Positions 54,040 to 63,354 of a DNA stretch of 64,000 nt are shown piece after piece. Within the stretch, counting starts at the first letter, position 1; every line of letters starts with the position of its first letter. The notes below the pieces were generated by a model, which saw only the letters and a program-made list of their open reading frames with translations, made no database searches and was not told the DNA's origin. This DNA comes from an uncultured Actinomycetota bacterium (GTDB lineage Bacteria; Actinomycetota; Humimicrobiia; Humimicrobiales; Humimicrobiaceae): the NCBI GenBank assembly GCA_964610315.1, contig CAZSVM010000005.1, forward strand, positions 6,960-70,959, given 5' to 3'. The translations under genes and the position numbers were made by a program.

Positions 54040-55401
54040 ATGAAATCTAATCGTGAACTGCTGTTAAGCGGCAATATATCCAGTTTGCTGTTTAAATTTT
54101 CGGCACCTGCTATCATTGGAATGGTAACCGGTGCCTTATATAATATTATAGATACTATATTTGTAGGTAAAGGCGTAGGCTCCCTTGCCATTGCAGCACT
54201 TTCCATAGTACTGCCTATACAACTTTTTATAATGGGTATCGGAACTATGTTAGGTGTGGGCAGTGCATCCATTGTCTCGAGAGCACTGGGAAGGAATAGA
54301 AAAGATATTGCCCAGGATGCTTTTGAGAATGCATTTATGCTTAATATTCTTATAAGTGCCTTTTTTATGGCTCTTATCTATATATTTATGGATAAGTTTT
54401 TAACTTTTTTTGGAGCATCTGCCCAGGTACTTCCCTACGCCAGAGACTATGCCTACATAACCCTGGCCGGCTTTATCTTTCTTTCTTTTTCCATTTGCAG
54501 CAACAATTATATAAGGGCTGAGGGGAATCCCAGAGCCTCTATGTATGTAGTGGCCATCGGAGCTTTGATAAATATTATTCTTGATCCCATATTTATTTTT
54601 GTAATGGGATTAGGTATAAAGGGTGCGGCTATTGCTACGGTTATCAGTCAAGTACTCAGTTCCATTTATGTCATATTCTATGTTCTTTTTGGCAAGAGTG
54701 TCTTTAGGTTAAGACTCAGTATATTCAAAATGAAACTTTCTGTCATGAAGGAAATTCTATTTGTTGGTTTTTCTTCATTTATAAGATTGTCTATGGCCAG
54801 TATAATAACTCTCATTTTTAACAGACTGCTGCTTTTTTATGGAAGCGATCTTTATATAGCCATAATGGGGATTGGTATGAGATTGTTAAGTCTAGTACAG
54901 ATGCCTTTAATCGGTATAACTCAGGGGTTTTCCACTATTGTCGGTTTTAATTACGGGGCAAAACTTTATCCCAGAGTTAAAAAAGTGCTGAGTATATCTG
55001 CGGGCTGGACAATTGTTATTGCCGGAATGGTATTTTTAATTATGATGATTTTTCCCAGATTTGTAATAAGCCTTTTTAGCAACGATGTTATTCTGATCGA
55101 TGAAGGTATTAATATTTTAAGATTGGTGATAATTTTTCTCCCCTTTATCGGGATACAGATGCTTGGTGCAGGCTTATTCCAGGCTATTGGTAAGGCAGCT
55201 CCTGCTCTTATTTTAACTATTTCCAGACAGGTTCTTTTTTTAATTCCCGCAGCCTTCCTTCTGCCTCTGGTTTTTGGATTGAATGGAGTTTGGCTGGCAG
55301 TCCCGGTTTCGGATTTTCTATCTATAGTAATTACTGCCGGCTGGATGCTTAAGGAAATAAAGAATTTTAATGGGGTAACGTTACAGGAAGAGACAGTTTA
55401 G
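54040..55401 (+). CDS. MATE efflux transporter (MepA-like)
   Basis: LYNIIDTIFVG, NIILDPIFIF..GLGIKGAAIAT, GFNYGA. Confidence 0.93.
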   Translation: MKSNRELLLSGNISSLLFKFSAPAIIGMVTGALYNIIDTIFVGKGVGSLAIAALSIVLPIQLFIMGIGTMLGVGSASIVSRALGRNRKDIAQDAFENAFMLNILISAFFMALIYIFMDKFLTFFGASAQVLPYARDYAYITLAGFIFLSFSICSNNYIRAEGNPRASMYVVAIGALINIILDPIFIFVMGLGIKGAAIATVISQVLSSIYVIFYVLFGKSVFRLRLSIFKMKLSVMKEILFVGFSSFIRLSMASIITLIFNRLLLFYGSDLYIAIMGIGMRLLSLVQMPLIGITQGFSTIVGFNYGAKLYPRVKKVLSISAGWTIVIAGMVFLIMMIFPRFVISLFSNDVILIDEGINILRLVIIFLPFIGIQMLGAGLFQAIGKAAPALILTISRQVLFLIPAAFLLPLVFGLNGVWLAVPVSDFLSIVITAGWMLKEIKNFNGVTLQEETV

Positions 55402-55430
55402 AATTCTTATTTAAAAGTTTATTATGAAAG

Positions 55431-56252
55431 CTAAATACTATTAAGAAAATCCAGTATAATTTGTTTTGCTATCTCGCTATTTTCTGTTCCGTCAAAGATA
55501 TTGGTTCCATGGTTCTTACCCTCCAGTATTTTTATGCTTTTAGGTTCCGGTGATGCCTGATACAAAGCTTCTGCATCCCCTGCATAAGGCTGGTCTTGCC
55601 GGCTGACTATAAAAAATTTTGGTGCATCTATATTAACCACTGCGTCCAGGGCAGACAAGTCACCCATTTCTGCAGGAGAAGATATAGATATGACCCCATC
55701 TATAGTCTGCTTTGAAGCTACTACCAGACTGATTGTTCCACCCATACTGGCACCTGTTAGAAATATTTTTTCCGCATCATACTGTTTTATAAAATTCAGG
55801 GCAGATTCCAGGTCCTTATCCATATTTAATATCTCTGATGTATCCCTACTTCCGCCAGATTTGCCGTATCCCCTGAAATCATAAGTCAGGACTATATAAC
55901 CGTTATCTACCAGATACTGTGCAAAATAATACCAGGCTGCCTGGCTACTGCCAAACATATGAGATAATATTACCCACTTATTTCCGGTACCGAATATGTT
56001 TCCATTTATTTCGATGCCATCTTCGGTGATAAAGGTCACTTCTCCTTCCGGCGCCTGCGGTTTTATCTCTTCTGCTGCTTCTCCCGTTTTCTCCCCGGTT
56101 TGCTCTTCTTCAGCCACTTCTTCTGCAGTTCCTTCTTCCAGTTGAGTACCAGCGGCTGTTTCCGAAGTTGTTTTGGTTTCTTTACATCCCCACAGGTTAA
56201 ACGAGAAGATTAATATAATGATAAGTAATAATGTTGATATTTTATTTATCAC
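55431..56252 (-). CDS. Alpha/beta-hydrolase lipoprotein
   Basis: Lipobox LWGC, DFRGYGKS, GASMGG, catalytic HG. Confidence 0.85.
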   Translation of the reverse strand: MINKISTLLLIIILIFSFNLWGCKETKTTSETAAGTQLEEGTAEEVAEEEQTGEKTGEAAEEIKPQAPEGEVTFITEDGIEINGNIFGTGNKWVILSHMFGSSQAAWYYFAQYLVDNGYIVLTYDFRGYGKSGGSRDTSEILNMDKDLESALNFIKQYDAEKIFLTGASMGGTISLVVASKQTIDGVISISSPAEMGDLSALDAVVNIDAPKFFIVSRQDQPYAGDAEALYQASPEPKSIKILEGKNHGTNIFDGTENSEIAKQIILDFLNSI

Positions 56253-56400
56253 TTGAACCCCCGTACCGTTTGAGTGATTTTTTTAACTATGATTTCAGTA
56301 TTATAATGGAAATGTTATTTTTTGTCAGTGGATAAAATTTTCGATAAAACATTCAAATATTTTTATAATTGATATGATGGTTAGGTGAAAAGGAATCAAA

Positions 56401-56491
56401 ACTGGTCCAATGACCAGTAAAAAAACTCTCCCTTTTATATCCAAAAACTAGACTTACTGCCGTTATCATATTATATCTTTAAACCTATAAT
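56401..56491 (+). promoter_or_regulatory. Duplicated regulatory module, copy 1 (ACTGGTC-N4-GACCAGT ... TATAAT)
   Basis: Similar to 61804-61894; perfect 7-4-7 palindrome. Confidence 0.7.
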
Positions 56492-56498
56492 TCACCCT

Positions 56499-56870
56499 AT
56501 GAATATTTTAATTGCAGAAGAAAGAAAAAACCTGCTGTCAGCTTTAAAGCTTTTGCTGGAGACAGAGATAGAACAAATAGATTATATAAGAGAAGTATCC
56601 GAGCGTATGGACCTGGATAAAGCGGTAGAAGAAGAAAAACCGGATATTTTAATCATGGATGGGGAATTCTTGAACCATAATACCAAAGATGCCATTATAT
56701 CTTTTAAAAAGTCTTACCCGGATATGTCACTGGTCATTATTGATTTTGATCATGGGAAAGAAAAGCAATATTTGAAACTAAATATAGATTTATTTATTAC
56801 CAAAGGGAATCCCTCCACCAGGATATTAAATTCTCTTATAAATTTTGTAAAAAAGAAAGCAAGCAGGTGA
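56499..56870 (+). CDS. Stand-alone response-regulator receiver domain (atypical)
   Basis: ILIAEE, KPDILIMD, FITK; no output domain. Confidence 0.75.
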   Translation: MNILIAEERKNLLSALKLLLETEIEQIDYIREVSERMDLDKAVEEEKPDILIMDGEFLNHNTKDAIISFKKSYPDMSLVIIDFDHGKEKQYLKLNIDLFITKGNPSTRILNSLINFVKKKASR

Positions 56871-56956
56871 CATTGCCCTTATGGATAAAATGATCGGATT
56901 AAGAGGTACATTATTTAAGTTAATGGAAATATTAATATAAAGAAAGGAAGTAAAAA

Positions 56957-57355
56957 ATGACTGAGATCAATGAACTACTGCAAAGTGCGGATTTTAAAAA
57001 AGAAAAACATGTCCCGGTAATAGATGCTCCGGATGTGGCCCAAAAAGGTGAACAGATAATGGTGGGTATAAGTGTAGGTAAAGAAATAGCTCACCCTAAT
57101 ACTACTCAGCATCATATAAGATGGATATCTGTTTTTTTCCTGCCTGATGGTGAAAAGTACCCTATACAGATTGGAGAGATTACCTTCACCGCCCACGGCA
57201 GTTCCACTCAGGGAGCAGATACCAGTACCGTATATACCAATCACCAGGGTACTCTGGTATTTAAAACAGAAAAATCGGGAACCATACTGGCTTCCTCTTA
57301 CTGTAATATACATGGATTATGGCAGAGTTCTAAAAAATTGGAAATTACCGGTTAA
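56957..57355 (+). CDS. Neelaredoxin / class II SOR-like protein
   Basis: [28 protein letters not shown]. Confidence 0.92.
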   Translation: MTEINELLQSADFKKEKHVPVIDAPDVAQKGEQIMVGISVGKEIAHPNTTQHHIRWISVFFLPDGEKYPIQIGEITFTAHGSSTQGADTSTVYTNHQGTLVFKTEKSGTILASSYCNIHGLWQSSKKLEITG

Positions 57356-57360
57356 GTACT

Positions 57361-57969
57361 GTGTTTGAATTTATAATGAGAAAATTATTTATAATTTTAA
57401 TTATGGGAGTATTCATCTTATCCATAAGTTGCGCTAAAAAAGATGCGGATAACAATTCTCAGGATTACTTCAGTAAAGCAGATCTTTTAAAGTATGGTTT
57501 AAATGAAAAAAGTGAAATGAATCCCCGGGAACAGTTTGAAATTCAATTAAAGGAATTCCATGATTTCAGCAGGGAGTTTTTTTCGGTATGGGATAATCAT
57601 ATTGAGGCAACGACTCCGCTTCTGAAAAAATTCAATAACAAAGATACCATTCTGGATGATAAAATTATGTATTCCGGAATGCTTAGGGAAAAATATGAAA
57701 AATTCAGCGATGACATAAAACAAATTACTCCTCCCCCGGAAGCAGCCAAAGCTTATCAATATGCCCTGAATGCCATATCCAAAAGGATATTATTCTTTAA
57801 GGAATTTGAAAAGGGAACCAGTATATACCAATTGACTGAGATTGAAAATGAGGCTTATCTTTATGAGACACTTTTTTGGGAGGAAATAGATAATATTTAT
57901 AATCATTTTGACGAAATATCAGACCAACTAGGAATATCCGGTGATAGTGAATTTTTTTCCACAATCTAA
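57361..57969 (+). CDS. Hypothetical lipoprotein
   Basis: Signal peptide with SISC lipobox; helical. Confidence 0.65.
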   Translation: MFEFIMRKLFIILIMGVFILSISCAKKDADNNSQDYFSKADLLKYGLNEKSEMNPREQFEIQLKEFHDFSREFFSVWDNHIEATTPLLKKFNNKDTILDDKIMYSGMLREKYEKFSDDIKQITPPPEAAKAYQYALNAISKRILFFKEFEKGTSIYQLTEIENEAYLYETLFWEEIDNIYNHFDEISDQLGISGDSEFFSTI

Positions 57970-58043
57970 AGTAATACCATTTTAAGAATATATTTGAACT
58001 ATTCAAGGGAAATTTATAAAAAAAATTAAGGTCAGGATTTAAA

Positions 58044-58271
58044 ATGAACAAAGAAAACCGTGACATTAAATGTCCTCACTGTGGAAAATTTATAAGAAAG
58101 TTGGCTTCTATATGCCCCTACTGCGGAGCAAAACCTGTGAATCCTCCGGATAAAGGAGGATTTATCTGCAGAAATTGCGGCAAGAAAATACCACCAAAAA
58201 ATATTCAGCCCCACAAAAAGAACTACAGCAGTGCTATTAGTCGCTGTCCTTATTGCGGCATAAAAATTTAG
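58044..58271 (+). CDS. Double zinc-ribbon protein
   Basis: CPHC, CPYC, CRNC, CPYC. Confidence 0.7.
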   Translation: MNKENRDIKCPHCGKFIRKLASICPYCGAKPVNPPDKGGFICRNCGKKIPPKNIQPHKKNYSSAISRCPYCGIKI

Positions 58272-58302
58272 TTAAGAAATAATACGATAGAAAGGTGTTT
58301 AT

Positions 58303-58743
58303 ATGTTAAGAGAAAAAATAGAAGCTCCCGATTTTAAGTTAATGGATCAGAATAATAAATTTCATACTCTCTCTGACTATAAAGGCAAATGGGTAGTTAT
58401 TTATTTTTACCCCAGAGACAATAGTCCTGGCTGTACCAGGGAAGCAGCAAATTTCAGGGATAATATCGATAAATTTAAAAAACTTAATGCGGAAGTGATA
58501 GGAATAAGTCCGGACTCACCGATGAGCCATAAAAAATTCGCAAAGCACTATAATCTGCCTATAATTCTTCTTTCGGATAAGACAAAAGAGGTAATAAATA
58601 AATATCAAGCCAGTGGAATCATTACCAAAAGAATTTCTTATCTGATTAATCCGGATGGGATTATTGAAAAAACCTATCCTACAGTAAATCCTGCCAGACA
58701 TGCAGAGGAAATTTTAAGTGATCTGGAAGAATTCAGTAAATAA
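58303..58743 (+). CDS. bcp: Peroxiredoxin Bcp/PrxQ
   Basis: APDF, YFYPRDNSPGCTREA, GISPD. Confidence 0.92.
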   Translation: MLREKIEAPDFKLMDQNNKFHTLSDYKGKWVVIYFYPRDNSPGCTREAANFRDNIDKFKKLNAEVIGISPDSPMSHKKFAKHYNLPIILLSDKTKEVINKYQASGIITKRISYLINPDGIIEKTYPTVNPARHAEEILSDLEEFSK

Positions 58744-58785
58744 TAGAAATTAATTTATAAATAGCTAATTTTAGGAAGGATTAAG

Positions 58786-58980
58786 ATGAAAGTAAGAATA
58801 GATAAAGATCGCTGTACCGGTGAAGGAATTTGCCAGGATACCTGTCCGGAGATTTTCAGATTAAATGAGGAAACGGATCTGGCAGAAGTAATTAAAACGG
58901 ATTATGACGAAAATGATATGGAATGCATCAGGGAAGCTTCGGAAAGCTGTCCTTCGGAAGCTATAATAATCGAAGAATGA
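58786..58980 (+). CDS. Ferredoxin (single cluster)
   Basis: CTGEGICQDTCP...CPSEAI. Confidence 0.9.
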   Translation: MKVRIDKDRCTGEGICQDTCPEIFRLNEETDLAEVIKTDYDENDMECIREASESCPSEAIIIEE

Positions 58981-59441
58981 AAAAATTAAAGTTAAAAGGC
59001 GAAGATTCAGAGGAAACAAAGGTGCTCTATATAAATTATTATCTGGAGCATTATATTGTAGATGAAGACAATAATGAGATTGTCATTAAAACCAGAGAGG
59101 GGGAAATGGTATATTTCAGAGATAATCTGGATACCCATGCCTTTACCGGCAGCAGAAAGATAAGCGGTAAAAAAACGGAGAGATATTTTGATTTTGCCAA
59201 AGCCAGGATACTAAGCTGGATAAGAGAAATAATTGAAGAGAATAGTAAACTTGAAATAATAAAAAAAGATTACTATGATCTCCGGAAGAAAATATGGAAA
59301 AGATATTATCTGTATCCGGAGAAAAAATATTTTGTAGTATTATTGAAAGATAAAAAAGGTGATTTTGTTTTCAAATCCCACTACCGGATGAATAACTCCA
59401 AAAAGTATAAAAATAAGTTAAAATTTTTAAGTATAAATTAA
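58977..59441 (+). CDS. Basic hypothetical protein, possibly BECR-fold nuclease-like
   Basis: ATGA overlap with the ferredoxin stop; HAFT..., ARILSWI, YFVVL...F.F.SHY. Confidence 0.55.
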   Translation: MKKLKLKGEDSEETKVLYINYYLEHYIVDEDNNEIVIKTREGEMVYFRDNLDTHAFTGSRKISGKKTERYFDFAKARILSWIREIIEENSKLEIIKKDYYDLRKKIWKRYYLYPEKKYFVVLLKDKKGDFVFKSHYRMNNSKKYKNKLKFLSIN

Positions 59442-59442
59442 A

Positions 59443-59467
59443 AACCGCTGATTAAGACTCAGCGGTT
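59443..59467. terminator. Hairpin AACCGCTGA-N7-TCAGCGGTT
   Basis: Perfect 9-bp stem just after the 59441 stop. Confidence 0.6.
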
Positions 59468-59653
59468 AAGCCCTTACTTATACAAAAAAGCATAAGTAAC
59501 TGTTATCACTAACATCAATTTTATTTTAGACTCTTTGCATAAACTTGTAAAGTATCAGATCTAATAATTCAATTAAAAATTGAGGAATACACGGAAATAT
59601 TATAATATTTAGCTAGTTTTGTTTTTGAAAAATACACTGATTTATTAATTATA

Positions 59654-61789
59654 ATGATAAAGTCTTTTTTGAAGCGTAATTATGTTACCCTTATAATCGG
59701 TCTGGTTTCTATTATAGGCCTTTATTTTATAAGCCTTTACAGCTATCTTCTGTATCACAGTCTTGTAGAATTATTTAGCATTATAATCGCCTTTGCTATA
59801 TTCATTATCGCCTGGAACTCAAAAAAGTTCCTGGATAATAATTATCTATTATTTATAGGGATCGCCTACCTCTTTGTAGCTTTGTTGGATTTATTTCACG
59901 CCCTTGCATACAAGGGAATGGGCGTATTCATCGGTTTTATGGGATCGAACCTGGCAACCCAGCTCTGGATATCTTCGAGATATCTTGAAAGCATTTCTCT
60001 TCTTCTGGCTCTGTTCTTTATTATAAGAAAGTTGAATTACAAAATTCAATTTATTAGTTATTCGATAGTTACCATTTTGATTTTACTCTCTATTTTTTAC
60101 TGGAAAATATTCCCGACTTGTTATATAGAGGGATTGGGCCTTACCCACTTTAAAATTATAAGTGAATATGTAATATCCTTTATAATCCTTACCGCAATCT
60201 TTTTTCTATATCTGTTCCGGAAGGAATTCAACCGAATGGTTTTGAACCTGATTATAGCTTCTCTGGTTGTAACTATTTTATCGGAATTATCTTTTACTTT
60301 GTACGTAGATGTATATGGGTTTTTAAACCAGTTAGGACATTTTTTTAAACTTTTATCATTTTTTCTAATCTATAAAGCTATTATCGAAACAGGATTTTCC
60401 CAGCCTTTTGATTTACTTTTTTTCAAATTAAAAAGAAGCGAAAAATATCTCAAGGAAAGTGAAGAAAAATTTCGTTCACTTTATTTTTCCATGAATGAAG
60501 GTGCCTGTTTGTATGAAATAATATATGATGATTCAAAAAAGCCGGTAGATTATAGAATTATAGATGTCAATAATGCTTATCAGTCTATGTTGGGTTTTGG
60601 AAGAGACCAGGTTATCGGTAAGAAAGCTTCGGAAATTTACGGAACCGATATAACTCCTTATCTTGGTATTTATGCAAAGGTTGCAGAATCGGGAGAACCA
60701 GCCAGATTCGAAGCTTATTTCCCTTCCATGACAAAGTATTTTTCCGTTTCGGTTTTTTCTCCTTCCAGGGGGAAAATTGCCACTTTATTTTCTGATGTAA
60801 CCGATCAGAAAAAAAATGAAAAGGAAATAGAAAACTTATCAAGATTCCCATCGGAAAACCCCAATCCGGTAATGAGAATAAATGACAAAAATTTAGTTAT
60901 TTATGCGAATGAGCCGGCTGGAAAAATATTACAACAATTAAATACCGGGAAAAGAGATATATTTTTAAAATTTTTACATGATTTGATTGGCAGCGGGAAG
61001 AAAGATAATAAAACCGGACTGAAAACAGTTGAAATTAAAATCGGCGAATCAATTTATGGATTTACCGTTATTCCGGTAAAAGATTTTAACTATTTCAACA
61101 TTTACGGAAAGGACATAACGGACAGCAAAAAAACTGAAAGACTGCATTATAAAATAAAAAAAGAAAAAGCCTTGAATGAAGAAAGAAACAAGCTGGCCAG
61201 AGAATTGCATGATACCGTAACCCAAACCCTTTTTTCGGCAAATCTTATTGCGGAGGTTATTCCAAAATTATGGAAAAAGAATCCGGATATGGTGATGGAA
61301 AGGCTGGAAGAAGTAAGGCAATTGAATAAGGCTGCTCTTATGGAAATGCGTACTTTACTTTATGAATTGAAACCTTCTACTCTTGAAAATGAGAATCTTG
61401 GAGATTTACTGCGGGAGCTGGTAAAATCCATGGGCACCAGAACCGGAATTCATATGGAGATAGATATAAGCGGGGAATATAAATTTCCGGTAAAAATCGA
61501 ACTTGGTTTTTACCGGATTGCGCAGGAAGCGTTAAATAATATAATTAAACATTCCAGTGCGGCTCATGCCCGTCTTATTTTAAAAGTTCTTTCCCGAAAA
61601 ATATATATGGAAATTACTGATGACGGACGGGGCTTTGATGAAGAAAAGATTTCCTCTACAAATTTGGGGCTGTCCATAATGAGAGAAAGAGCAAAACTAA
61701 TAGGTGCATCCATCGGTATCAATAGTTCACCAGGTGAAGGTACCAAAATTACGGTTATTTATAAAAAAAAGAATAGAATAAAGAAGTAA
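59654..61789 (+). CDS. MASE3-PAS-HisKA_3 sensor histidine kinase (NarX/UhpB class)
   Basis: YLLYHSLVELFSI, ERNKLARELHDTVTQ, QEALNNIIKHS, DDGRGF, LGLSIMRER. Confidence 0.92.
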   Translation: MIKSFLKRNYVTLIIGLVSIIGLYFISLYSYLLYHSLVELFSIIIAFAIFIIAWNSKKFLDNNYLLFIGIAYLFVALLDLFHALAYKGMGVFIGFMGSNLATQLWISSRYLESISLLLALFFIIRKLNYKIQFISYSIVTILILLSIFYWKIFPTCYIEGLGLTHFKIISEYVISFIILTAIFFLYLFRKEFNRMVLNLIIASLVVTILSELSFTLYVDVYGFLNQLGHFFKLLSFFLIYKAIIETGFSQPFDLLFFKLKRSEKYLKESEEKFRSLYFSMNEGACLYEIIYDDSKKPVDYRIIDVNNAYQSMLGFGRDQVIGKKASEIYGTDITPYLGIYAKVAESGEPARFEAYFPSMTKYFSVSVFSPSRGKIATLFSDVTDQKKNEKEIENLSRFPSENPNPVMRINDKNLVIYANEPAGKILQQLNTGKRDIFLKFLHDLIGSGKKDNKTGLKTVEIKIGESIYGFTVIPVKDFNYFNIYGKDITDSKKTERLHYKIKKEKALNEERNKLARELHDTVTQTLFSANLIAEVIPKLWKKNPDMVMERLEEVRQLNKAALMEMRTLLYELKPSTLENENLGDLLRELVKSMGTRTGIHMEIDISGEYKFPVKIELGFYRIAQEALNNIIKHSSAAHARLILKVLSRKIYMEITDDGRGFDEEKISSTNLGLSIMRERAKLIGASIGINSSPGEGTKITVIYKKKNRIKK

Positions 61790-61803
61790 CCTCTCAGTAA
61801 TTA

Positions 61804-61894
61804 ACTGGTCCAATGGCCAGTAAAAAAACCCTTCCTTTTATATTCAAAAACTATACTTAATATCATTACCATAAGTTATCTTTGAACCTATAAT
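61804..61894 (+). promoter_or_regulatory. Duplicated regulatory module, copy 2 (ACTGGTC-N4-GGCCAGT ... TATAAT)
   Basis: Similar to 56401-56491. Confidence 0.7.
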
Positions 61895-62025
61895 AATTTC
61901 TATTAGTATTCTGGCTGTTGTCAAAGGAAACCTATGGCAGTTTTAGTTTTATCATTAAGGAAACAAATAAACTAAAAAAAAAACCGGTAACCCGCTCTTC
62001 ATAAGAGTTCCCGGGAGGTTTTAAG

Positions 62026-63261
62026 GTGGGAAAGCTAAAAAGAATTTTAAGAGAGAAATGCGATGGTATAAACAGTATATTCATATCTTCGTTCGTTCCC
62101 CGAAAATGTGGTATTGCTACCTATACCAGGGATTTGACCAGAGCCATTGATCTCATAAGCCCTCACTGCCAGTCAAAAATCATAGCCATGGTTAAGCCTG
62201 AGGATAATATCGATTATCCTCCCCAGGTTAAGTTTAAAATCAACCAGTATGATATCGGTTCCTATTTTAAAGCTGCTGATTATATCAATAAATCCCCGGT
62301 AGATATAGTTATTCTGGAACATGAATTCGGACTGTACGGCGGTGAGTTCGGAACTTATATCAATAAAATAGCTGAATTGATAAAAAAACCCCTGATTATA
62401 ACCGCTCACACGGTTCCCGATGACCCGGATGAAGGATTTGGCCTGGCTTTAAAAGATGTCATCCGGTTTGCAGACCGGTTAATAGTCATGATGCCGGAAA
62501 GCCTGCAGAAGCTTATTAGAAGATATAACTATCCCCCAGAAAAAATAGAAATTATCCCTCACGGGGTTCCCGATATCCCTCCTGAATTTGACGGCCTGTA
62601 TAAAAGTAAAAAGGGACTCAAAAATAACTTGATTCTGGGAAATATAAATCTGCTCTCGGCAAATAAGGGACTTGAATATACCATAGAGGCCTTGAAGGAA
62701 ATTAAAAGTCATATCCCCGATGTCCTGTACCTGATAATCGGCCAGACCCATCCCAACGTGCTGCAGTTCGAGGGTGAGAGATACAGGAATTTCCTAAAAG
62801 AAGAAATAAAGAGGCTGGGCCTGCAGGATAACGTAAGGTTTATAAATAAATATATATCCTTAGAAGAACTTATTTCCTGGCTAAGAACCATTGATATATA
62901 TATAACTCCCTATATGGACCCCCAGCAGTCTGCCTCCGGCGCCCTGGCCTATGCCATCGGAGTTGGTAAAGTATGCATCTCCACTCCTTATCTATATGCC
63001 AAAGAGGTCCTGGCCAGGGGAAGAGGTATAATAGTACCTTTTAAGGACCCCGGGGCAATTGCTCATGCAGTAATGGAGATATCCGGAAATCCTCAAAAAA
63101 GACTGGAGATCGAAGATAAGGCATACAAATACGGGAGACTTATGACCTGGTATAATGTAGCATTGCAATATCTTCGTTCATTCAATGAGATTTTATATGG
63201 GTATGAGAGTAGGGAAGAGGAATTTGATCAGGGCAGTATGGTGGAAACTTATTCCGCCTGA
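62026..63261 (+). CDS. GT4 family glycosyltransferase
   Basis: PRKCGIATYT, HEFGLYGG, IPHGVP, GQTHP, SGALAYA.G.GK..ISTPY. Confidence 0.92.
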   Translation: MGKLKRILREKCDGINSIFISSFVPRKCGIATYTRDLTRAIDLISPHCQSKIIAMVKPEDNIDYPPQVKFKINQYDIGSYFKAADYINKSPVDIVILEHEFGLYGGEFGTYINKIAELIKKPLIITAHTVPDDPDEGFGLALKDVIRFADRLIVMMPESLQKLIRRYNYPPEKIEIIPHGVPDIPPEFDGLYKSKKGLKNNLILGNINLLSANKGLEYTIEALKEIKSHIPDVLYLIIGQTHPNVLQFEGERYRNFLKEEIKRLGLQDNVRFINKYISLEELISWLRTIDIYITPYMDPQQSASGALAYAIGVGKVCISTPYLYAKEVLARGRGIIVPFKDPGAIAHAVMEISGNPQKRLEIEDKAYKYGRLMTWYNVALQYLRSFNEILYGYESREEEFDQGSMVETYSA

Positions 63262-63354
63262 TTTCGGGAGCGTTTTTTGGATACTCTTAAAAAGATAAGG
63301 TTGAAAACAATTTGAAATAGAAAATTTAATATAGGGTGAGCACGGAAAAAACAT

